Both the position numbers and the translations under genes were made by a program. A DNA stretch of 46,954 nucleotides from the NCBI RefSeq assembly GCF_004010195.1, contig NW_025214837.1, positions 5,482 through 52,435 of the forward strand, in the 5' to 3' direction. Below the pieces are notes generated by a model. That model worked only from the letters and a program-made list of their open reading frames with translations. It ran no database searches and had not been told where the DNA came from. Positions 37,095 through 46,954 of this stretch are shown here, in pieces. Positions within the stretch are counted from its first letter, which is position 1, and every line of letters starts with the position of its first letter. This stretch comes from Chiloscyllium plagiosum. Taxonomy: Eukaryota.

Positions 37095-37297
37095 AGCATG
37101 GGCAGACAGATCATAGGGTGGAAATAGGCTTGGACAGAGTAAGGCATGCAGGATACACTGTACAGGACAAGCACTAGACAAGATCAACATGAATAAGATC
37201 AGCATTATTTGAACTTAGAGAGTCCATTCATCAGTCTAACGTGTTTTTCCTAAAAGTTTATATGCCTTAATTAACTCTCCCCACATGAATGCGAAGT

Positions 37298-37614
37298 CGG
37301 CACGGTGGCACAGTTGTTAGCACTGCTGCCTCACAGCGCCAGAGACCCGGCTTCAATTCCTGTCTCAGGCGATTCTCTGTGTGGAGTTGGCACATTCGCC
37401 CCGTGTCTGCGTGGATTTCCTCCGGGTGCTCCGCTTTCCTCGCACAGTCCAAAAATGTGCAGATTAGGTGAATTGGCCAAGTTAAATTGCCCGTAGTGGT
37501 AGGTGAAGGGGTAAATGTAGGGGAATGGGTCTGTGTGGGATGTGCTTCGGCGTGTCGGTTTGGAGTTGTTTCACCGAAGCGTCTGTTTTCACACTGTAAG
37601 TAATCTCATCTAAT
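37298..37614 (+). mobile_element. HE1-type SINE (duplicate of 477-793)
   Basis: Same flanks and diagnostic substitutions. Confidence 0.92.
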
Positions 37615-40092
37615 CGGTGTGTGAACCCGTACTGAACATTATGTTATTCACAAGCCCCAACAGCAGCCACAACACCTTCCATCTGAAACAGGTAGCCATT
37701 CCCACCAGCTTCCGCCCTACATAGAGAACGCCAGGCTGTCACCTCGGAGATGGAACATGCTTTCTTGAGACGTTACACAAGCCATATGGCTTCTCTCCTC
37801 ACCGCGAGTAAACCACGTTAATGTCCCACGTGTGTATCATGAGCAATGGCGCCACGAGATACAACGTGGGGCAATCTGTCTGTGCAGCCTCTGCTCCAAT
37901 TGGTCATCATATTAGAGCATCAATTAGGAGACAGTGAGGACAGCCCATGCTGGAGATCAGAGTAGACAGTGGTTTGCTGGAAAAGCAGAGCAGGAGAGTC
38001 GACGTTTTGGGCTAAGCCATTCATCAGGATCAGCATCAATTACCCTATTCTGCCCCTGTGTAAGTGCATTGAGGTGGGAATGGACTCCTACTGTTCTTAT
38101 ATAAGTGGCTCAACGGGCTGAATGGCCTCATTCTGTTCCTGTATAAGTGGCTCAACGGGCTGAATGTCCTCATTCTGTTTCTGTGTAATTGACTCAAAGG
38201 ACTGAATGACTTCTTCCTTGTCCGGTTGGACATGGCCAAGGGCCGAATTGGGTTACCCCTGTTTCCTGTTTGACAGCTCGATGTGCTGACAAGTGAGATG
38301 ATGCCGCAACTTTAAGAGGTTATTTTGTCCTGGTTTCTTTTAAGAGAGAGATTGAACGAGCTGGCTAGTTAAGATCACTGGGTAAACAGCGAGGGAGGCC
38401 TTGGGTTTATTTTAATGCAGATTGAATGGGGGTGACCAACTCTCACAGATTAGGATGTCTGGGTTTTGGTTTCTCAACAACATCAGAAAATATTGGGGTC
38501 TACACAGAGTTGGAAGCTTCAGAGAATGTCTCCTGGCTGCTACTCTGTCTGTATTTTCTCTTGCTGCTGTTTTTAATTCCTGGATTGGAGAAATGTTTGT
38601 GACATTCTGTGTCTGAACATTCATTTTGGCCAAGCGCTGTGTTTATGGGATTTCTCTATATTGGAACAGTTCATTAGTAATCGCTCCACGATCTATTATT
38701 CTGTTAACTTGGCCAATAGAATTACGTTATTCTAAATTCCTCTTTCTTTGATTTCATTTTATCTTCCCTGTTTAAATAAATGGTGTTTGCTTCACAACGC
38801 GTGGTTTGACCAGTCACATTGCATCTGGAACAGACAGTTTACATTTCCTTTAAAATACGAAAACATTCGAGTCAAGGCTACCGCCTTCAAATATTTTTGA
38901 AGGGGAGGGGCGGGGACGGTGGGGAGGGTGGGGAAGGTGGAGGCGGAGAGACACTGATGAATCAGCTGAAGATGTTTGTGAAGGGGAAGCTACCCTGAGG
39001 ACCTCCCACAGAGGTGACCCAGGACTGAGATGGTGAACATCTTCCTTTGTGCCATGTTTGACTCCAAACACTGGACAGTTTAGTCTGATTCCCATTAAGT
39101 CCATCTTTATTAAGCTCCTTGATGTCAACAAAAGCCAACCATTGCCTTGATATCAGGACCAGTCATTTTTACCTGAACCCTTGTGCCAACCTCTTTTGTC
39201 CATATCAATAGGCCATGATATAGGAACAACACGTGTTTTCTTAAAAAAAAAAATGGTATTGAATGTGACGGTTTCTCTTCTCAAGAATGTTAGGGAGCAA
39301 GATGAATGAAAGTATTTGAAGAAGAGGTAGATGGATATTGACCTGACAGAGAGTTGAGGGCGATGAAGAATTGGGTATGAAAGAGGACTTGAGACCAAGA
39401 GCAGATCAGTCATGATCTTAGTGAAGGACAAGGCAGGCTTGGGGAGTGAATGACCTGTCCCTGTTTCTGATGCTCTCACATTCTGTTATTGGAGGGTTAG
39501 AGGGTGTTATTGTCATAAATGTGCAATTACTGAATATTGCAGTCAGATGATTTTGTGAGCCATCTCTGGTGAGTATATGGGCTGTATTCAGAGTCAATCT
39601 GCGTCGACAGCATGACCAACAAATGAAGCACAAGTTTCAGAGAGGGGAAGCTCTGTGAAGATAGATGAGGGACCTCTTTCATACCTGTGCCTGGACTTTC
39701 GAATTACATTTCCCAAATCACTTCAAATCGTGTGTGACAGTCTTGAGAGGCTGAATGGTCTCCTCTGTTTCTGTGCACCAGATTATAGGAGTAAGTGGCC
39801 TCCAACTGTCCCTGTCTAGCAGGTATGAGAGGCTGAATGGAATACAGAAACATGGGACTGAGGAGCAGGAGTGGGTCATTAGACACTTTGAGCCTTCTCC
39901 AGTAGGCACTAAGATTGTGGCTGATCAGATTGGGGTCTCACCCCATTTTCCTGTCTGTATCCCAATATCCGTGACTTACTTCCCTGTCAAATATTTAATA
40001 ATGCAGCTTTCAATCAAAATGAACCGAGAGGCACGATAAACTTTCAGTGAAGAGAATCCCCACTTGAAAGGTCAGTTTAGAATTTTTCGTCA

Positions 40093-41650
40093 TTCTTCTT
40101 ATAGAATCAGAGAGTCATGCAGAACAGAAACAGACCCGTTAGTCCAATCTGTTCACCCCAATCAGATATCAAATCTGATCTCGTCCCATTTGCCAGCATT
40201 TGACCAATATCCCTCCTCTTGCAGATACTTTTTAAATGTGCGATTGTAACCGCCTTCAGCACTTCCTCTGACAGCACTGTCTGTACACACACCACTCTCT
40301 GTGTGAAAATTAATCTCCAGGTCCCGTCTAAATCATTCGCCCTCTCCCTATCAACCTATGCCTCTGAATCTGGTCTCCCCTATCCTGAAGAGCAGAACGT
40401 GGCTGTTCATAATATCCATTCCCCTGATGATTTTATAAGCAATTATAATTTCACCCTTCAGCCTCTGACACTTCAGGGAGAAACACCTCAACCTAATCAA
40501 CCTCTCCAAGGGACATCTGCGTAAATCTTTTCTGCAGACAACCGCGTTGTAGGCAGTTTTCTTAAAATGGCCTTCCCAACATTGTGTACAGATGCAACAT
40601 GCCACCACAATCCCTATACTCAATGCTCTGACTGATTAAGGCAAATGTGCCAAATACGTTCAGCACCACTCTGTCTACCTGCGATTCCAATTTCAAGGAA
40701 CAATGTACCTGCAGCCCTAGGTCCCTTTGTTCCGTAACACTCCCCAGAATCTTAGCATTAAGTGTATAATTTCTTCCTAAAATGCAAAACCTTATTTTTA
40801 TCTAAATAAACTTCATCTGTCACCCCTTGCCCTTTGTCCCATCTAAATGTGGTCTCGTTGTACTCTGAGATAATCTTGATTCGATTAGATTACTTACAGT
40901 GTGGAAACAGGCCCTTCGGGCCAACAAGTCCACACCGACCCGCTGAAGCGCAACCCACCCATACCCCTACATTTACCCCTTTAACCTAACACTACGGGCA
41001 ATTTAGCATGGCGAATTCACCTGACTGTGGGAGGAAACCGGAGCTCCCGGAGGAAACCCACGCAGACACGGGGAGAATGTGCAAACTCCACACAGTCAGT
41101 TGCCTGAGTCGGGAATTGAAGCCGGGTCTCTAGCGCTGTGAGGCAGCAGTGCTAACCACTGCGCCACCGTGCCGCACACCCACCTTCTTATGGAATTTGT
41201 AAAATTACTAACTATGACCCCGATATCCACATCCCCAATATTACATAAATGATGAAATGCAGTGAACTGAGCACTGATTCTCGCAGCACACTGCTGGTCA
41301 CAAGCCTCCAGTCTGAAAAATATCCCTCTTCCTTCAAGCCAATTGTGACTAGCTTCTTCTGTGTCCCATGTGACCGAACCTTTAATCTGTCTACCAATTG
41401 GAATGTTATGAACACCTTGCTGAAGTCCATATAGACAATGTCTACCAAATTGCCTTCATTAATCTTCTTTTTTACCTCTTCATAAAACTCAACCAAATTA
41501 ATGAGACATGATTTCCTTTGTAGAAAGACACGTTGTCCAACTCGATCAGCCCTTGCCTTCCCAAATGTATGTAAATGCTATCCCTCAGAATCCCCTCCAA
41601 CAACTTACCCACCACTGACATCAGGCTTACCCGTCTATAGTTCCCCGACT
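40093..41650 (-). mobile_element. Degenerate CR1 fragment interrupted by an HE1 SINE
   Basis: Minus strand EFYEEVKKKINEG..VDIVYMDFSKVF, RLKGEII.AYKI. Confidence 0.82.
40877..41175 (-). mobile_element. HE1-type SINE with a short internal deletion
   Basis: gattagattacttacagtgtggaaacaggccc...gctaaccactgcgccaccgtgccgc. Confidence 0.92.
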
Positions 41651-42164
41651 TTTTGGGTCACTATTTCCTTTTCTCGTCCCACGCCTCCACTGCTCACAAC
41701 AAATTTTAAATGTAACCAGGTTGGTGATATGGCCGATAATATTGGTCTCAGACTGGGTCAGGGTCAGTTTTAGGAACAAGTCAGGGTAGTTTCTTTAATC
41801 TGCTAAAACAACACGTTTATGATCCAGAGCAATGTTACTCAAACTATGATGGAAAGATGAATTGGAAACTGTTTGGGTATTGCAAATATATAATCAATAT
41901 TTCCCTGTTTAAAATGCTGAGACACACATACACACAATCTCTGCAATTTGAAGTTGAAAGAACTTTGTCCAAATATTAATGTAACTTATAACAAAAGGAA
42001 AAATTGCGAGATTGTCCAAAATGTGATTCGGCTTCTGAAGATATTCTATTCACACAAGCTGCTAACAATGGGATTTCATCCGGGGACAGTTGGATTTGGC
42101 TGAATTACCTTTGCATTAGGCAGTGAGAAAATTCCAATGGATTCTGGTCAGTAATCACCCAAAG

Positions 42165-42490
42165 TGCAGCACAGTTGCTCACTGGTTAGCACTGCTACCT
42201 CACAGCACTAGAAACAGGGGTTCTATTCCAGTCTCGGGCGACTATCTGTGTGAGGTTTGTACATTTTCCCTTTGACTGCGTGAGCTTCTAATAGGTGCTC
42301 CAGTTGCCTCGTACAGCTCAAACTGTGTGCATTCGGTGGATTGGTCATGCTAAGTTGTCTGTCGTATTCAGGGATTTCTAGGTTAGGTGCATTAGTCAGA
42401 AGTAAATCTCACGAACGGGCCTGGCAAGTTTACTGGTTCGAAGTTTGGTATGGACTTGGTGAGCCGAAGGGCCTGTTTGCACACTGCATG
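42165..42490 (+). mobile_element. Old HE1-type SINE
   Basis: Diverged head gcagcacagttgctcactggttagcactgctacctcacagc and tail gccgaagggcctgttt. Confidence 0.75.
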
Positions 42491-42939
42491 AATTCTTTAA
42501 AAATGAGAATGGTAATGATGACCGTATAGGGTTTTATTTTTAGCTCACACACATTGCTGTGATGAGGAATAATGAGGGAGGGAGAGAGAGTATAATAGGC
42601 CATTCCTTCTCAGTAAGATTACATTCTCTCCCTCTCTGAGTTGAATCACACAATAATGTCATCCTCTCCCAAACTGGATCATGTGAGGTCTCCTTGTATA
42701 ATGTCCAAACTATGTCTCCGTCACACTCCCTGTTCCATGTCGATGCATCATTGTTGCCATCTCGCACATAGCCATACCCATAGCAGAAAGTGGTCTTCGT
42801 CAATTTGAAAATATGTTGATATGCCCCTGCATCTTTAAAAAAATAAGATATTTAATGCATTTAGAATGCCTGTGTTTAAATGAATGCATTTTTAAAAGAA
42901 ATACAGAAATTGCTGGTAAAGATCGGCAGGCCTGTCAGT

Positions 42940-43168
42940 ACCCAGATGCCTTTTACATGTTGTAGTTGTACCATCCTCCACCATTTCCTCTGGCAGCTCA
43001 TTCCATATGCACACAACCCTCTGTGTGAAAAGGTTCCTCTTAGTCCTCTTCAAAACCTTTCCCCTCTCACTTTCATCCAATGCCCTCTAGTTTTGAACGC
43101 CCCTAACCTGGGGGAAAACCCTAACTACTCACCCTATCCATGACCGTTCTGATTTTGTAAACCTCTAC
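42940..43168 (-). mobile_element. CR1 fragment
   Basis: RNLFTQRVVCIWNELPEEMVE. Confidence 0.8.
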
Positions 43169-44149
43169 TGCTGCAAGATGTGACTCCAATCAACACGAAT
43201 TGCTGTGCTTTCAGTCATTCCGGGCCTAAATTCTGAAATTCAATTCTGACACTTCTTTCTCCATCAGGTCACAATTCTACAACCAGTTTAATCAGTTTTG
43301 TCAGATGTATCATGAGACACTTCTGTGGGATTAACACCGAGACCTTTGTTCTCGGAGGTAGGGAAACTAGCATCACTGGGCAATACCCATAAAGCTGTAA
43401 CAGTATTCTCCTGTGTGTTTGTTCATCAGCCTGGTCTGACATGCTGTGACATATCTCTGCAACAGGCAGGACTTGAATCCAGTGCTACTAGTCCAAAGCT
43501 AGGAACACTACCACTCAAGTTCAGGAATTAAAATCAAATCCAGAGTTCTGGTCCAGAGCCAGGGACACTATCCACTATGCTACCATACCCAGATTTTGGG
43601 TCATATTTTAAGTGCCAGCTTTCAGCTCGGAGTGGATTTATTATAATCAGGTTACCATTACTGAATTACATAAAACACTTTGTATTGTTAAACAAATGTA
43701 AGATATTTGTCTCAACTGTAGGATATTGAGTGCACGTGCTGTGCTATCGAAATTAACTATGAACGTCTTCAATCGCTATTATCTGTAATCTACAATATTA
43801 AGGAAAGAAATCCTGCAGTCACAGTCTGTCCAATGAAGGGTCTCGAATAGATTATTATCACTGAAAACCACATACAACGAAAAACATAATTTCTGGTCCC
43901 AAAACACCGATCAATATTACTCACCTCTAACGTGCAACTGCCCTCTTCCTAATACAATGACATGACACTAGGCCGCTGATTACTGTCCAGCCTCTCCTCC
44001 CCATTGACAGTGTCTGCAATCTGTCCCTCCTCCCCTAAACCACACAAGGCAACCCAAGTTCAGGGTCTTTGTGAAACTCAAGGCCGGAGTGTGCAGGCCT
44101 CCTGGAGACGGGGAGGATATTTTAAAGGGGGAGAGTGAGGAGGTGGTAA

Positions 44150-45005
44150 TGTCACACACTGGGCTGAGGCATGGCAGAAGGAGTTTAGTTTGGATTAATG
44201 CGAGGTATTGGATTTCGTAAATCAAACAAGAGCAGGACCTATACAATTAAAAGCAGGGCCTTTGGCAGTGTTGGAGAACAGAAACCTAGGCTATCAGGTA
44301 TAATTCTTTAAAATTTGCATCTCAGATAGACAGTGTGGTTAAGGAGGTGTTTAACACACTTGTCTTCATTGGTCAGACCTTTGAGTATTGGAATTGGGAC
44401 GTTATGTTGAGGTTGCACAGGATATTGGTGATGCCTCTTCTGGAATACTGCGTCCAGTCTGGTCACCCTGCCCGCTCATTCCATAGGCACACCACCCTCT
44501 GGGTGAAAAAGCTGCCCCTTAGGTCACTTTTAAGTGTTCCCCTCTCACCTTAAACCTGTACTGTCTAGTTTTGGTCTCCCCACCCATAGAAAATACCTTG
44601 ATTATTCACTTCGATATTATTGATGTTGATATTATAAAGCTGGAGAGGATTGAGCAGACATTAACCTGGATGTTGTTGGGAATGGAGGAAGTGAGCTATG
44701 AGTAGAGGCTGGATAGACTGGGACTCTTTTCTATGGAGAGTATGAGATTAAGGAGTAACTTTACAGAGGTTTATAAAATAATGAGGGGTACAGAGAAGGT
44801 GAAGGGCTGATGTCTTTTCCCGACAGTTGGGGATTCAAAACGCAGTGATATTTTAAGGTGTGAGGAAAAGGATTTACAGTAGTCATGAGAGGTAATCATT
44901 TTAGTCAGAATCTGGCTTATGTCTGGAATGAACTCCCAGAGCAATTGGTGAAAGCAGGGACAGTTACAATGTTTGAAGGACATTTAGATCAGTAGATGGA
45001 TAGGA
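44150..45005 (+). mobile_element. Degenerate CR1 (duplicate of 2990-3773)
   Basis: Same sequence, here complete across the region gapped in copy 1. Confidence 0.85.
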
Positions 45006-46954
45006 CATCAGTTTGTGTGGTGCTGTGAGCAGCTGCCCTCTCCCTCCCCCTCTCTGAATGAATCTCTGTTGGTTTTCACCCTCTGCCAATGCCGGTGCAG
45101 TGGCGTGGGGAGGCCAGCAGAGGGTGGCATTGCATTACTCAAAGCACCAAAGAGACTGCCAGACCTGCCCCACACAGAGACACACAGATACACACACACA
45201 GGAATTGTCAGGGCGCGACATGAAGCTCATCTGGTAACTTAAACTAAACATAAAGAAATGCTCAATTTGCCTCGTAAACTGTTAAAATATGAGTGACGGA
45301 GAACTCCCATATTCCACTGTTTACATAATAACATCAATTTATTTTTTTAACTCTGAGAGGGAACATTTTCCATCAAGCATTCTGAATTCTGAGACCCCCT
45401 TTCTTTTAATTGCTTATTACCCCACTCCAACTCTATAATGATATAATGTTTCAATAAGACACTTATTAAAATTGCACTCATTTAATTTCAAAATCACACA
45501 GCAGCTATTGTTTGTGTGTTTTCTTGTGGCCATACATCTCTCTGGGTCGTCGTCTTTCTTTTTACTGCGAATATGTTCCATATGAAAAGGTACATTTGAT
45601 AGAGAGTGTTTCCTAAACTCTTGGATCTGTGTTGATGGCATTTACTCTGTCTGCAATTTTCTAAATGCCTGCATTTTTAATATGCACAACGTCGGATCAT
45701 CTCATTGGTTCATCTCATTGGTTCAACTTCCGAAAACCAATACATTCTAACTTGATTTGGTTTTAGTACCCTGTGGCATAATTTAAACTGTTTGGTAAAA
45801 TTCGAATTATTGTCCAAGGAGCAACCATCTCAGGGATCCATTTCACAGCCAACTGTGACATATTTTCAGTTGTCCTTCACACTCTGGGTCTGCCATCCTC
45901 TCATATCACAGGTTTTTGGAAGCTCTCAGTTCAGAACAGCTTTCCCTCTCTCTTAATGGTACATACACACTTTCGACTTCATGACATTAATACCCTGATG
46001 TCAAAACAGAAACTTGGAGCCAATCTGGAATTCTCTTCTCTATGGTTTGTCAATATTTCATTCACTTCGTCTGGTTTGTATCAGGATTTTTGTTGCTCCA
46101 TTGACAGCATGTCATTATTCGACTCTGTCCGTGGGAATATAGCGGTTTTTCACTTTCTCACACTAGTGAGTGTCGCGGAATTTCAGTTGTTGCATGGGAA
46201 CTGTGACGCTATAACAATCTCAATGTTTGTAGATGGCACCAAACCTGGAAGAATTGTAAAATCTATGGAGGACAGTGTGGAACTCTAACAATACAATCAC
46301 ATGTTGGTGTAGTGTTCAGGTGTATGGCAGCTGGGGATCAGTGCAGAGCAGTGTGAGGTGATGCAGTTTGGTAGGAAAGACGATGAAAGACAGTTTAAAA
46401 CAGGCCATACCGTTAAATAGGGGCTGCAGGAACAGAGAGCGCTGCGTGTATATGAACATAGATTGTTGAAGATGTCAGGACAAGTGAGGAAAGCAGCAAC
46501 TCTCACAGATTAGTTTCAGTTTCTGAGCTGTTTAAAAGGGGAGATGTAGGAGGGAGTCTCGGTGCTCCCTTCCTGGGAGGTGGTGGAGACAATGTGTTGT
46601 GAGCCCACCCTCCTGCCCACCGAGACGATGGGGATTCCATTTGTACCAGCTCAACACAAAAGGAAGAAGGCATCAGGGCCACTGCTTCTAAATTGTGCCG
46701 GGGGAAACGGAGCTGCCAGTGGGTTTAAAGTGAGAATTGCCCTTCACAGAACATGGCTCCTTGATCGGTGTGACGTGGATATTTCAGAATCTATACACGA
46801 GGCGTCCCGGTCCTCTCTGGCTTGTACCAGGGTTCTCCCCACATGGCAGGGGTAGGGGTGTGAGGGAACGGATATCGGGCACTCCACCACCCGGCTTGGC
46901 CCTCTCTGTCCTATCCCAGGCTGTTTCTCCTGGAATGGGAGAAGGGGAGGGCTG

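Larger units (their letters stand above)
36830..46954 (+). repeat. Segmental duplication copy 2 (paralog of 1-5455)
   Basis: Same order of CR1, HE1, Penelope, LTR, CR1 and Harbinger remnants, plus extra blocks 38725-39186 and ~39800-43595. Confidence 0.95.

Overview
Repeat-dense elasmobranch (shark-like) genomic scaffold, judged from HE1-type SINEs, CR1/HER1 LINEs and shark-type Penelope elements. It has three N gaps (3774-4562, 8272-9129, 10690-11310). The only host-gene signal is the start of the large second coding exon of a GPR139/GPR142-like 7TM receptor (acceptor at 10616, ...VNVVTIYVLLYKDCGLSPCVRRYL...), whose remainder falls in a gap. The DNA upstream of this exon (1-~5455) recurs at 36830-46954, and a ~3.2-3.5 kb piece is also duplicated locally, which suggests a tandem receptor-gene array with a ~37-41 kb period. 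The middle holds a near-perfect 5.4 kb array of a 35-bp unit that cuts off a near full-length degenerate L1. That L1 is nested in a CR1 adjoining a Penelope remnant. There is also a decayed CR1/L2-group LINE, a decayed Gmr1-type Gypsy element with integrase before RT/RNase H, Penelope remnants with hammerhead ribozyme cores, and a Harbinger Myb/SANT remnant. All family calls are by eye from remembered motifs; no searches were run.
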